From a candidate division WOR-3 bacterium (GTDB lineage: Bacteria > Hydrothermota > Hydrothermia > LBFQ01), in contig JBDRWW010000011.1 in the NCBI GenBank assembly GCA_039802605.1, positions 1-44,878 on the forward strand: a stretch of DNA of 44,878 nucleotides, given 5' to 3'. Within the stretch, counting starts at the first letter, position 1. Each line of letters begins with the position of its first letter. A program made the translations under genes and the position numbers. Shown piece by piece: positions 27,695 through 37,433 of this stretch. The notes beneath the pieces are model-generated. The model saw nothing but the letters and a program-made list of their open reading frames with translations, ran no database searches and had not been told where the DNA came from.

Positions 27695-28506
27695 ACTCCC
27701 CAATCCCTTGGAGCTATAAACTCGTAATTAATGCTAACGGATGAAACCTTTGCTATTATTGGCGGTTTCCTCTTAAACTGGTTCTTCCTCAAAAGTTCCC
27801 AAACCCTATCAACCTTTTCCTTTCCATAAAATTCGTATAATTCCTCGGGTTTCCTCAGGTTTTCAATTATTTCCTTTAATATCGCATCGGCCTCGTAATA
27901 AGAAAGTCCGAGTTCTCCCTCATCCGTTTGTCCCGGCCACAGGTCTGCGGTGGGCTTCTTTTTAACTATCTTTTCCGGAACGCCCAAATACTTTGCCAGT
28001 TCCCAAACTTCGGTTTTATAAAGGTCTCCCAAGGGATTTATCGCATGAGCCAAATCACCGTATATTGTGCCATAACCCAACAAAAGTTCCGTTTTGTTTG
28101 ATGTCCCAACAACCATTCCGCTCACTTCCGCGCTCTTATCGTAAAGGACTATCATCCTTAAACGGGCCAAAACATTCCCTATGCGGTTTTTATCGTTTAT
28201 ATTTAGCCTATCAATTATCGGGTCTGCGAACGGGGTTATATCTATCACCTCCGCTTCAACACCAAGCTCTTTGCAAACCAAAAGGGCATCGTCTATGGAT
28301 TCCTTTGAGGATGTTTTATACGGTAATATAAGAAACTCGCAATTATTTTTTCCCAAAGCCTCCACCATTAAATAAGCCACGGTTGCGGAATCCACACCAC
28401 CGGATAAACCCAGAACACCCTTTTTTAAGCCGAACTTCCCAATCTCCTCCCTTATGAATTCCACCAATGCCCGCTTAATTATTTCAAGGTTGTCCAAGGC
28501 GGACAT
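27691..28506 (-). CDS. nadE: NH3-dependent NAD+ synthetase
   Basis: GLSGGVDS, GN--AR-RM, GTSNKTE, GYGTIYGD, PTADLWPGQTDE. Start is ATG 28506 or, going by the promoter motif, TTG 28497. Confidence 0.95.
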   Translation of the reverse strand: MSALDNLEIIKRALVEFIREEIGKFGLKKGVLGLSGGVDSATVAYLMVEALGKNNCEFLILPYKTSSKESIDDALLVCKELGVEAEVIDITPFADPIIDRLNINDKNRIGNVLARLRMIVLYDKSAEVSGMVVGTSNKTELLLGYGTIYGDLAHAINPLGDLYKTEVWELAKYLGVPEKIVKKKPTADLWPGQTDEGELGLSYYEADAILKEIIENLRKPEELYEFYGKEKVDRVWELLRKNQFKRKPPIIAKVSSVSINYEFIAPRDWGV

Positions 28507-28556
28507 TTTAAGGATGTAAATTCCTCCTTGTAAAATGCAAATCGCAACCTTATAAT
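28505..28556. promoter_or_regulatory. Divergent promoter pair
   Basis: Minus: CATCCT-TAAAAT (28516-28505). Plus: CAACCT-TATAAT (28545-28556). Confidence 0.65.
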
Positions 28557-28565
28557 ATCCTATTG

Positions 28566-29708
28566 ATGTGGATAGTTTCCTATATCTCGGAAATCTGGTT
28601 GGATAATAGGAGCTGTGAGGTTCATAGGGAATACTTTTCGGAAGAGTATGTAATGCCAGCCTCAACTTTGAAATCCCTATGGGCTATTGTACTTTTGAAG
28701 GAATTGGGTGAAAATTACAGAATACCCACGATTTTCGCCATAAAAAAGGATACCCTGTTTATAAGGTTCAACGGGGATCCAACCCTTAGATTCTCAACCC
28801 TTGATTCCGTCTTAAAGGAAAAAATATCTACCTTTGACTTCCAAAGCGTAAAAGTCGTTATATCCTTTCCCAAATGGGGAGAGAGGTATGGATACGGTTG
28901 GGCATGGGAGGACATAGATAAGGGTTATATAACGCCGATAACCCCTATATCCATAAATTACGGTAAGGTATCGGAAGATAGCGCCCTAAGAATATACATT
29001 GGGAATGTTCGTGAAGAAACCTTTACGGATAGTGCGATTTATATTCCGAGGAGCGATTATAGGTATAGGGATCCATTAAAGTTTGTGGAACATATCGTTA
29101 AGAGGGTTGCAAAGGATTTTGGTAAAAAGGTTAAAATTGTGACCTTGGAGGGTGATATGCCGGATTTAAGCGGCTTTGATATGGACACCATATACAGCCC
29201 GACATTGGTTGATATGTTAAGGCCAACGCTGTATTACAGTATAAACTTTATGGCGGATATGCTCGTTGCCCATTATTCAAAGGGTTTATCAAATGCCGGG
29301 GATAAGTTTAAAGAGTTTATGAAAAAACTGGGAATGGATGGCGATGCTTATATTTTTGACGGTACGGGACTTTCAAGGTATAACCTCATAAGGGCTAGGG
29401 ATGCGGCGTTTATAATGTGTGCGGGTTCAAAGGGTTTAAGCGAATACGCGTTAGACATATTCCCTTCCCCCGGCGAGGGAACGCTCAAAAGGAGGTTAGT
29501 GGAACTCGGGGAAAGGGTTTATGCCAAAACGGGAACCCTATTCGGTGTTTCGGCACTATTGGGTTTTTATAGGGGATGTAATGAGGAGTATGTATTTGGA
29601 ATATTCGTTCAAAACTATCCGATAACCGAAAAGGCCAGAGCGGAGATAGACAACCTAGTGCGCACATATGGGGGCATTTTGGATTGCGGGAGGGTTGAGG
29701 CAAAATGA
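28566..29708 (+). CDS. dacB: D-alanyl-D-alanine carboxypeptidase/endopeptidase (peptidase S13)
   Basis: PASTLK (SxxK), GDP-L, GWAWED, SIN (SxN), DGTGLSR-N, AKTGTL; start ATG 28566 or TTG 28563. Confidence 0.9.
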   Translation: MWIVSYISEIWLDNRSCEVHREYFSEEYVMPASTLKSLWAIVLLKELGENYRIPTIFAIKKDTLFIRFNGDPTLRFSTLDSVLKEKISTFDFQSVKVVISFPKWGERYGYGWAWEDIDKGYITPITPISINYGKVSEDSALRIYIGNVREETFTDSAIYIPRSDYRYRDPLKFVEHIVKRVAKDFGKKVKIVTLEGDMPDLSGFDMDTIYSPTLVDMLRPTLYYSINFMADMLVAHYSKGLSNAGDKFKEFMKKLGMDGDAYIFDGTGLSRYNLIRARDAAFIMCAGSKGLSEYALDIFPSPGEGTLKRRLVELGERVYAKTGTLFGVSALLGFYRGCNEEYVFGIFVQNYPITEKARAEIDNLVRTYGGILDCGRVEAK

Positions 29709-30358
29709 TATTTTTATTCGCCTTTTTTGAACCCGAAACCTTGGTTTTTGATGCTAAGTTTGGCCCTTTTAAAGCGGGAAAACTCCAAATGATTAGCTCT
29801 GGTAAAACCATATGGAAGGGGAAGGAGGTATATGAGTTCAAACTTTTGGCAAACGGTGGAGTCCCGTTTTTTAAGATAAACGATACGATTATAAGCATAA
29901 CGGATTTAAACCTAAAACCCCTCTTGTACAAAAAGGTTCAGCACGAGGGAAATTACCACTATTGGGGCTGGATAGCATACGATCACCATAACGGGAAGGC
30001 GTTATACCATTACGGTAAAAGCCTTGATATTCCCGAGGGGAGTTTGGACCCACTAACATTGGTATATGTTGCAAGGACATTAAATTACGATTCCCAAAAG
30101 GTTTACAAGTTCCCTTACCATGTGGATGAGATTACTGAAACCGTTAAGGTAAAGGTTGTAGGTGAGGAGAGGGTTAAGACACCCTTAGGGGAATTTGACT
30201 GTTGGATAGTTATGCCAGAGCTAAAATCCGGCAAAAATATATTCGGTGGAGGAGGTGGAATGAAGGTTTGGATTTCAAAAAATGAGAGGATTCCGGTTAA
30301 GGTTGAGGCTAAAATGATCTTCGGTTCGGCCGTTGGGGTTTTGGTTAGGAGAAGATGA
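29705..30358 (+). CDS. DUF3108 family exported protein
   Basis: E-L-F-AKFG-FKAG, LDPLT--Y--R, E-VKTP-GEF-C, VWIS----IPVK. Confidence 0.8.
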   Translation: MIFLFAFFEPETLVFDAKFGPFKAGKLQMISSGKTIWKGKEVYEFKLLANGGVPFFKINDTIISITDLNLKPLLYKKVQHEGNYHYWGWIAYDHHNGKALYHYGKSLDIPEGSLDPLTLVYVARTLNYDSQKVYKFPYHVDEITETVKVKVVGEERVKTPLGEFDCWIVMPELKSGKNIFGGGGGMKVWISKNERIPVKVEAKMIFGSAVGVLVRRR

Positions 30359-30362
30359 AATC

Positions 30363-31082
30363 CTAAGGTTTTTTCCTCCCGAGTTTTTCCCAGCTTTCGG
30401 CGGTCCAAGGCATCTTTTCCTTAAAGATTATGAATATGACATTTGCATATTGTTGTATTTCATACTGGGCATCCTCGGCCATCCTTAACCTGAGGAAGTT
30501 CATCAAGCTCCTCGCGTTAACCGTCCAATAGAATTGCGTATATATACCAATTGGTAAAACAGCCCTCGCCAGCTCCCTCGCCACCCCACTTTCCAATAGT
30601 TGCCTGTAAATTGAATAGGCGTATTCGTAAGCTTTGGAAAAAAGGCTTATGAGTTGTGATTCGTTTTCAAACTCGGCAAATTCGCTCGCCTGTCTGTTGT
30701 CCCTTGATTGTCTCCTCAACCTTTCGGGGATATAAAATTCATCCTTAACCTCAACATACCTTTGACTTATTTCGTTATAAGAGGCCATCCTATGCCTAAA
30801 CCATTCCCTCGCCACGAATATGGGACATTTCACATGAAATTTAAAGACGCTGTGCTCAAAGGGTGTGCCGTGTTCGTGCTCCATAAGGTAATGTATGAGT
30901 TTTCTATCCCTCTCGGGCGTTTTTATACCCTGACCCAAAGAAACCCTCGCCGCCTGAACCACCGCCAAATCACCCCCCAAGAAATCAACAAGCCTAACAA
31001 AACCCTTATCAAGGACATTATAGGAACCGCAATTTTCACAGGGGAAACCACCAACATCCCCACCGCATGCATTACAAACCAT
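30363..31082 (-). CDS. thyX: FAD-dependent thymidylate synthase
   Basis: H-TPFEH, RHR-ASYNEISQRY, ARELAR-VLP, AQYEI. Confidence 0.96.
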   Translation of the reverse strand: MVCNACGGDVGGFPCENCGSYNVLDKGFVRLVDFLGGDLAVVQAARVSLGQGIKTPERDRKLIHYLMEHEHGTPFEHSVFKFHVKCPIFVAREWFRHRMASYNEISQRYVEVKDEFYIPERLRRQSRDNRQASEFAEFENESQLISLFSKAYEYAYSIYRQLLESGVARELARAVLPIGIYTQFYWTVNARSLMNFLRLRMAEDAQYEIQQYANVIFIIFKEKMPWTAESWEKLGRKKP

Positions 31083-31090
31083 AAACGGGA

Positions 31091-31138
31091 ATTATAACTT
31101 CGGAAAGGGAACACTCAAAAACCTAACGGGGGTAAAAT
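31091..31138. promoter_or_regulatory. Divergent promoter pair
   Basis: Minus: CGAAGT-TATAAT (31102-31091). Plus: CGGGGG-TAAAAT (31127-31138). Each is 8 nt from its ATG. Confidence 0.75.
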
Positions 31139-31146
31139 ATCAAACT

Positions 31147-31809
31147 ATGGTGAAGATAATATACTTGGGGCATTCGGCTTTCAAAATAGAGGGTAGCAAG
31201 GTTATATTTATAGACCCGTTTATTACGGGAAATCCGAAATCGCCAATAGGGGATGTTAATAAGGTTGATAAGGCGGATGTGGTCATTGTTACCCACGACC
31301 ACGGGGATCACGGTTTTGAGGATGCCGTTAAGATATGCAAAAAAACCGGAGCATACTTTGTATCCCAATACGAACTGGTGGTTAAATCCGGTCTTCAAAA
31401 GGTTGAACCCATGAACATAGGCGGATTTGTGAATGTAGGGGGCTTGGGTGTAGAGGTCGCCTTCACCCCCGCCTGGCACACCGCACAACTCGGAGATCCC
31501 ACGGGCGTTATAGTTAAAATTGACGGCAAAACCATATACCACGCGGGTGATACGGGGCTGTTTTCCGATATGAAACTTATAGGGGAACTTTACAAACCCG
31601 ATTTGGCACTTCTCCCAATAGGGAGCAGATTTACCATGGATGTCTTCCAAGCCGCAAAGGCCGTTGAGTTTATATCGCCAAAGTATGTAATACCTATGCA
31701 CTACAACACATTTGACCTAATAAAGGCTGATCCCGAGGAGTTTAAGAAGTTGGTGGGCGATAAGGCCCATGTGGTTATATTAAACCCAGGGGAGAGCTTT
31801 GAAATATGA
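31147..31809 (+). CDS. UPF0173 metallo-beta-lactamase-fold hydrolase
   Basis: LGHSAF, IDPF, THDHGDH, YHAGDT, IPMHYNTF. Confidence 0.93.
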   Translation: MVKIIYLGHSAFKIEGSKVIFIDPFITGNPKSPIGDVNKVDKADVVIVTHDHGDHGFEDAVKICKKTGAYFVSQYELVVKSGLQKVEPMNIGGFVNVGGLGVEVAFTPAWHTAQLGDPTGVIVKIDGKTIYHAGDTGLFSDMKLIGELYKPDLALLPIGSRFTMDVFQAAKAVEFISPKYVIPMHYNTFDLIKADPEEFKKLVGDKAHVVILNPGESFEI

Positions 31810-32429
31810 TAGAAACGGCCTTATACGGGATACAATCAAAACTTGATGAGATGTACTCCATAACCGTTGAGATGATAGAGTTGTGTATGGAATCGTATGA
31901 GGAAACCATGCAAAGGGAGAAAAGGGTCAACGAACTTGAAATAGAGATAGACGAACTCATAGTCCAGACATTGGCCTTATATCAGCCAGAGGCAACACAT
32001 TTGAGAGAGCTCCTAATGGATCTAAAAATAAACAACGATATAGAGAGGATAGCGGATCATGCCGAAAATGTGGCAAGGGATATGAAGGTTTTAAAGGAAA
32101 AAGGGGTAAACCTCGGCGATTTTAACGAGGATTTAAAAATCATAAAGGAATTCGCTAAGAAATCGTTCGTTGAGGTTTATTCCTCTTTCAAAAACAGGGA
32201 TGCCGAATTGGCTTTACATATAATAAAGTCCGATGAGGTGATAGACAAGTTTAGGGATAGGATTTTAAACAAGGCGGTAAAAACCCTTGAAACCGAAACC
32301 GCCTTAAAGGTGGTAAGTATAGCCCAAAATTTTGAGAGGATTGCGGACCTTTCAACAAACATAGCGGAAGATGTAATATTCATAACCCGCGGGGAAATAG
32401 TTAAACACGGAAAATATATACAACCTTAG
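31806..32429 (+). CDS. phoU: Phosphate signalling regulator PhoU
   Basis: QP-A--LR, DIERIADHA-N, ERIADLSTNIAEDVIF. Confidence 0.9.
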   Translation: MIETALYGIQSKLDEMYSITVEMIELCMESYEETMQREKRVNELEIEIDELIVQTLALYQPEATHLRELLMDLKINNDIERIADHAENVARDMKVLKEKGVNLGDFNEDLKIIKEFAKKSFVEVYSSFKNRDAELALHIIKSDEVIDKFRDRILNKAVKTLETETALKVVSIAQNFERIADLSTNIAEDVIFITRGEIVKHGKYIQP

Positions 32430-32432
32430 AAT
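32421..32432 (+). promoter_or_regulatory. Internal promoter of korA overlapping the phoU stop codon
   Basis: CAACCT-TAGAAT, 8 nt before ATG 32441. Confidence 0.7.
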
Positions 32433-32440
32433 AACCCGTT

Positions 32441-34213
32441 ATGCGCAAAAACGATGTAGCAATAAAAATAGCGGGCCTTGCAGGCGATGGGAGTTTAACA
32501 ACCGGGGAACTTTTGTCCAAAGTTCTCAAAAAGATGGGTTTTTATGTTTCCCTAATAAAGGATTTCCCTTCAAACATTAGGGGATTACCAACAAATCTAA
32601 CGGTTAGGGCCAAAGATAGACCCATATATGGCCCCAAGGATTATGTTGATTACCTTTTAGCCCTTGATTTCCAAAACTTGCCATTGCACACGGATGAGGT
32701 TGCCCCAGGCGGTGTAATTATTTACGACAACAGTACGCATCCCGAAATACCGGAGCACCTAAAAAGGGATGATGTACATTATTATATCTTACCCCTTGCA
32801 AACCTTTCAAGGGAAAATTTGGGATTGGAGGTTATAAAGAATGTTGTGGCGCTGGGAATAATAGCGGAACTGCTCAACTTAGACCACGATATAGCCCATA
32901 AGGCTATAAAGGAATGGTTTAGGGAGAAGGGAGAAAAGATAATTGAATCAAACATAAAGGCTTATGAGTTTGGAAGGGAAAAGGCAAAAGAACTGGGTAA
33001 GAAAGATGAATACATAATGGAGAAGCTCAAGGACCCGGGTAGGATTATGATGACGGGGAACGATGCCATTGCCCTCGGTGCCTTGACCGCGGGTTGTAGG
33101 TTTGAGGTGGCATACCCCATAACGCCGGCAACCGAAATACTAGAATTCTTCGCAAAATATGGTAGGGAATTCGGAGCGGTTACGATTCAAGCCGAAGACG
33201 AAATAGCATCCATAAACTTTGCCTTGGGTGCGGCCTTTGCGGGTGCAAGGGCTATGACAACATCGTCAGGTCCGGGTTTATCCCTAAAAACCGAAAGTTT
33301 GGGCTTGGCTTATATAAACGAAACGCCTCTGGTAATAGTTGATGCCCAAAGGGCGGGACCCAGTACGGGCCTTCCAACAAAAACGGAACAGTCGGATATA
33401 AACCATATACTCTTTGGAGGACATGGGGATCAGATGAGGATAGTTATAGTACCCGCCACCTTAGAGGAGGGGTTTTACTTCACGGCGTTGGCATTTAACC
33501 TTGCGGAAAAATACCAAACCCCTGTGGTGATCCTTACAGAACAGGCCTTTTCCCAGAATAAATACACCGCAGAACCCGGTTCAATAGACCCGTTTAAGGT
33601 TGAAATAGATAGGGGAAAACTTTTGAGTAAAGAAGACATTGAAAGGATAAAGAAAGAGGGGAGACTGTATTTAAGGTATGAGATAACGGAAGACGGTATA
33701 TCCCCAAGGGCATTGCCCGGAATGGAGGGTACAATTTTCACGGCAAACTCAAACGAGCACGATGAAAGCGGATACACAACGGAGGACCCCGATGTAAGGA
33801 AAGCCATGGTTGATAAAAGGTTGAGAAAATACGAGGTTGCAAAAAACTCCGGCGAACTCCCAAGGGCCGTTTATTACGGAGATGATGATGCGGAAATCGG
33901 TATAATAGGTATGGGTGCAACGATGGGACCCATTCTTGAAGCCATGGAGCAGTTAAAGGAGGAGGGCGTAAAGGTCAGATATATGAGGATAAGGACATTA
34001 TGGCCCTTTTACGACGACGAAGTTAACGAATTCATTGAAAAATACGACAAAGTTTTTGTGGTTGAGATGAACGCCCGGGCGCAACTCTTGCACCTTATAA
34101 GGCAATTCACCGTAAAGCATGATAAGCTCCATTCCATTACGAAATATACGGGTAGGATGTTTAGACCCGTGGAAATAAAGGAGGCTATATTGAAAGTTTT
34201 GCAGAAGGTGTAA
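32441..34213 (+). CDS. korA: 2-oxoacid:ferredoxin oxidoreductase alpha subunit (gamma-alpha fusion)
   Basis: G-AGDG, S-IRG, YPITPA, QAEDEIA, TSSGPG, QRAGPSTGLPTKTEQSD, VVEMN. Confidence 0.93.
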   Translation: MRKNDVAIKIAGLAGDGSLTTGELLSKVLKKMGFYVSLIKDFPSNIRGLPTNLTVRAKDRPIYGPKDYVDYLLALDFQNLPLHTDEVAPGGVIIYDNSTHPEIPEHLKRDDVHYYILPLANLSRENLGLEVIKNVVALGIIAELLNLDHDIAHKAIKEWFREKGEKIIESNIKAYEFGREKAKELGKKDEYIMEKLKDPGRIMMTGNDAIALGALTAGCRFEVAYPITPATEILEFFAKYGREFGAVTIQAEDEIASINFALGAAFAGARAMTTSSGPGLSLKTESLGLAYINETPLVIVDAQRAGPSTGLPTKTEQSDINHILFGGHGDQMRIVIVPATLEEGFYFTALAFNLAEKYQTPVVILTEQAFSQNKYTAEPGSIDPFKVEIDRGKLLSKEDIERIKKEGRLYLRYEITEDGISPRALPGMEGTIFTANSNEHDESGYTTEDPDVRKAMVDKRLRKYEVAKNSGELPRAVYYGDDDAEIGIIGMGATMGPILEAMEQLKEEGVKVRYMRIRTLWPFYDDEVNEFIEKYDKVFVVEMNARAQLLHLIRQFTVKHDKLHSITKYTGRMFRPVEIKEAILKVLQKV

Positions 34214-34216
34214 GGG

Positions 34217-34924
34217 ATAAAAAGGTTAGAAATACTAAAAACCGGCAAAGACGGTGTTAAGAGGTGGGTTTTCTCGGGTAAGGGTTTGTTGGTTTTTAAA
34301 CTCATGGTGGGTTTATGGGTGTTCTTTGGCTTTATCGGATTGTGGGTTTTTATAATGCTTATATCCACCCTGTTTTTTAAGGATAGGGTATATACGAGGT
34401 TTTTGGATATGTTGAAAGCGGAGAGGGAATTGAAAGAGCTGAATGAAAAATACCAAAAACTTCAATCCAGGGTTGAAAAGTTGCAAATATTACTTGGTGG
34501 AAATATAAAACTCCCGGAGGTGGAGTACCCCATGGGAGCCCTACCGATATATGTGGAAGAGTGCGATACACCCTGCGCCTTGCCCGCGGTTGGTCCAATA
34601 GTAAGGGGAGCTGATAGTAATCTCCATACGGGTTTGGATATAGATGTTCCGGAATCAACATTTGTATTCTCCACAGCAAAAGGGGTAATAAAGGATGTTG
34701 GGAGGGATAAAAATTTGGGTTTGTTCGTTAAAATTTCTCATAGTAAGGGTTATGAAACGGTTTATGGGCATCTGTTAAAGGTTTTTGTAAAGGTTGGTGA
34801 TACGGTAAAGACCGGTCAGATAATAGGGCTTTCGGGTAGTACGGGGAAGACGAGCGGTCCGCATATACACTACGAAGTTTGGAAAAACGGAAAACCCATA
34901 GACCCGGTTTCAATTTTGCCGTGA
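34217..34924 (+). CDS. M23 family metallopeptidase
   Basis: HTGLD, YGHL, GPHIHYEV; frame is open back to ATA 34217 (the track uses TTG 34286). Confidence 0.88.
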   Translation: MKRLEILKTGKDGVKRWVFSGKGLLVFKLMVGLWVFFGFIGLWVFIMLISTLFFKDRVYTRFLDMLKAERELKELNEKYQKLQSRVEKLQILLGGNIKLPEVEYPMGALPIYVEECDTPCALPAVGPIVRGADSNLHTGLDIDVPESTFVFSTAKGVIKDVGRDKNLGLFVKISHSKGYETVYGHLLKVFVKVGDTVKTGQIIGLSGSTGKTSGPHIHYEVWKNGKPIDPVSILP

Positions 34925-35748
34925 AAATACCGAAGGAGATAATAAGGGAGTTTGAGATAAGTGTAAAAGGTGTAGTTGAGGGTTTATTTTCCGGAAAGCA
35001 CAGGAGCCATGTTTTGGGGAGTTCTCCGGAGTTTGCAGGGCACAGGCCGTATGTTGAGGGGGATGACATTAGAAGGATAGATTGGAAGGTTTACGCAAGA
35101 AGGCAAAAACCATACTTAAAGCTGTTTTTAAACGAATCCGAAGTTCCAATCCTCATCCTTTTTGATGACACAAAGTCTATGGATATGTGGGAAAAACATA
35201 AAAGGGCCTCCATCGTTGCGGGAATGGTTCTATTTGCGGCAAACAGGTTAAATTACAGGTTTTCATTGCTAACCCTTTCGGGGAAATATATACCCTTTAA
35301 CAAGGGGGCACAACACCTTATAAGGTGTTTTTATGAGACATATAAGGGGGGAAAGGGAGATTTTTTAAAGGGTGTCTTTATGGCTGTTTCGGAAATTAAA
35401 AAGAGGGTTATGGTTGTTGTGATTTCGGATTTTGAGTTTGAGGAAGGCGATTTACAGAAAGGTTTAAATATACTCCTTAAATTCTACGATGTGGTGGCTT
35501 TCCACATTTTGAGCGGTGAGGAATGGAATTTTAAATATGATGGGAAGGTTTTGGTTGATGTTGAAAGTGGGAAAAGGGTTTCTATAAGCCCAAATAGTGC
35601 GGGCTATTATAGGGAAAGGATAAGGAGGTGGGCTAATGGTGTTAGGAATATAGTTTTACAAGGTGGCGGAAGATATTCCCTTATATTTTCGGATACACCT
35701 ATTGAGGTTGAGGCAAAAAAAGTTATTGAGACGATGGGGGTAGTTTAA
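34921..35748 (+). CDS. DUF58 (vWA-like) protein
   Basis: G-HRS---G-S-EF--HR-Y--GDD-R-IDWK--AR, VVISDF; GTG start overlapping the upstream TGA. Confidence 0.9.
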   Translation: MKIPKEIIREFEISVKGVVEGLFSGKHRSHVLGSSPEFAGHRPYVEGDDIRRIDWKVYARRQKPYLKLFLNESEVPILILFDDTKSMDMWEKHKRASIVAGMVLFAANRLNYRFSLLTLSGKYIPFNKGAQHLIRCFYETYKGGKGDFLKGVFMAVSEIKKRVMVVVISDFEFEEGDLQKGLNILLKFYDVVAFHILSGEEWNFKYDGKVLVDVESGKRVSISPNSAGYYRERIRRWANGVRNIVLQGGGRYSLIFSDTPIEVEAKKVIETMGVV

Positions 35749-36313
35749 AGGGTTTTCCAAACCCCAAAGGCTTGTGGGATGTTATGATAAAGACTTTACC
35801 CTTTTTCCGTAAATCTTCTATTATCCTCTCCAAATGGATTTTGGATTTTTCGTCGAGGTGGGCGTAGGGCTCGTCCAATGCTATAACCGGAGCGGGGGAG
35901 GATAGGGCCCTAACCAGTTGAACCTTCCTATTCTGACCCGTTGATATCTCTTTAAATGTTTTATCAAGGACCTCTTTCAATCCAAAAACTTCAATTAAAT
36001 CTGAAGATACGGGTGAAAAGTGTAATTCAAAATACCTTCTAACCGTTATATCCGCCCTTATGGTTTCGCCCAACATCACGGACACGAGTTTTACCCTTTC
36101 CAACGGTGATAATTCCAAAATATCCTTTGACAAGACCCTTATTTCACCCCTTAATATTGATATCCCGAGAAAGGCCTTTAACAGTGTGGTTTTTCCAACC
36201 CCGTTTTCCCCGTAAACGTTTAAAACCTCCCCAAAATCCAATTGAAAACTTATATTACCCAATAAAGGCCTTGCATATCCTATATAGCACTCCTTAGCCT
36301 CCAAAACCTTCAT
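35723..36313 (-). CDS. ABC transporter ATP-binding protein
   Basis: GENGVGKTT, ISTGQ, LDEP, TSH. Confidence 0.9.
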   Translation of the reverse strand: MKVLEAKECYIGYARPLLGNISFQLDFGEVLNVYGENGVGKTTLLKAFLGISILRGEIRVLSKDILELSPLERVKLVSVMLGETIRADITVRRYFELHFSPVSSDLIEVFGLKEVLDKTFKEISTGQNRKVQLVRALSSPAPVIALDEPYAHLDEKSKIHLERIIEDLRKKGKVFIITSHKPLGFGKPFKLPPSSQ

Positions 36314-37433
36314 TTTTACCCATCAATTCCAAGTAATACCCTTCAACCTCTTTTGCGATGTTTTTCCACGAAAACCTTTTTGCGGTTTCAAGGCCGTTTG
36401 ATATTAACCTCTGCCTGAGGTTCTCATCCGTTAAAACCCTTATTATCTTATTGGCCAAATCCACCTCGTTTTCCGGCTCGCTTAATAAACCGTTTTCCCC
36501 ATCCTTTACCACATACCTATAACCCTCGTTATTGGTTGCCACCACCGGAACCCCACTCGCCATAGCCTCCAAAAGAACCATGCCAAAACTCTCGGACCTT
36601 GTTGCCGGGGATACGAATACATCGGCCGAACGGTAATACCTCGGCAATACATCGCTATCAACAGCCCCTTCAAAGAGCACCCTATCTTTTATTTCTTCGG
36701 GTACCAAAGATTTATAATATCCCAAAAGTGGGCCCGAACCCACGACTATTAATCGTGCGTTGGGAACCTTTGAAAGTATTATTGTCATTGCGTTTATTAA
36801 AAACCTCAGCCCTTTTCTGGGTTCCGGCCTCCCTACAAACAAAATATTCTTATAACCCATAAGGTGCTGTAAGGGTTTTTTGTTGGGGTTAAACTTTTCA
36901 ACATCCACACCGTTTGGGATAATCCTGTAATCTATGTTTCCAAAGTGTTTCAAAATGGGTTCTATTGCGGCGGGTGAAACCGCTATAAAACCGTTAATAC
37001 GGGAAAAATAACCCTTTATATAAGGTTTAAAGGTTTTTGCCAAGATGTTTTTGCGATAGGCCGCGTGGAATGTAATTACATTTATTGAATTTGAATATTT
37101 CAAAGCGAGAATTGGTAATGTTGGTGCTACTTGACCGTGTATATGCACTATATCAAATCCGTTATTCCTCAAAATTTCCTTAACATACAGGTTTATCCTC
37201 GGTGAAAATGCCACTGGGGCTATTGAACCGTTTACGGGTATCTTTATCGGAAATCCAACCCTATAAACCCAAGGAGGTTCATCAAATCCCACCTTCTCTT
37301 TAAAATTCGTCGTTAGTATATAGGTTTCCCAGCCCAAATCCCGTAGGTTTTTTGAAAGTTGGTGTATGTGCTCCGAAATCCCACCCGGATATGGATAATA
37401 AACATCGCTTACGAATATAACCCTGCCCTTCAT
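36294..37433 (-). CDS. Glycosyltransferase family 4 (PimA-like)
   Basis: PGGI--H, IP-NGS-A, IIPNGVD, FVGR-EPRKG, ESFG-VLLEAMA. Confidence 0.9.
   Translation of the reverse strand: MKGRVIFVSDVYYPYPGGISEHIHQLSKNLRDLGWETYILTTNFKEKVGFDEPPWVYRVGFPIKIPVNGSIAPVAFSPRINLYVKEILRNNGFDIVHIHGQVAPTLPILALKYSNSINVITFHAAYRKNILAKTFKPYIKGYFSRINGFIAVSPAAIEPILKHFGNIDYRIIPNGVDVEKFNPNKKPLQHLMGYKNILFVGRPEPRKGLRFLINAMTIILSKVPNARLIVVGSGPLLGYYKSLVPEEIKDRVLFEGAVDSDVLPRYYRSADVFVSPATRSESFGMVLLEAMASGVPVVATNNEGYRYVVKDGENGLLSEPENEVDLANKIIRVLTDENLRQRLISNGLETAKRFSWKNIAKEVEGYYLELMGKNEGFGG

Noticed and set aside
34211..34216. korA-M23 stop-codon readthrough fusion (same frame)
   Set aside because: KorA ends at its normal C-terminus, TAA is rarely read through, and the fusion makes no functional sense.
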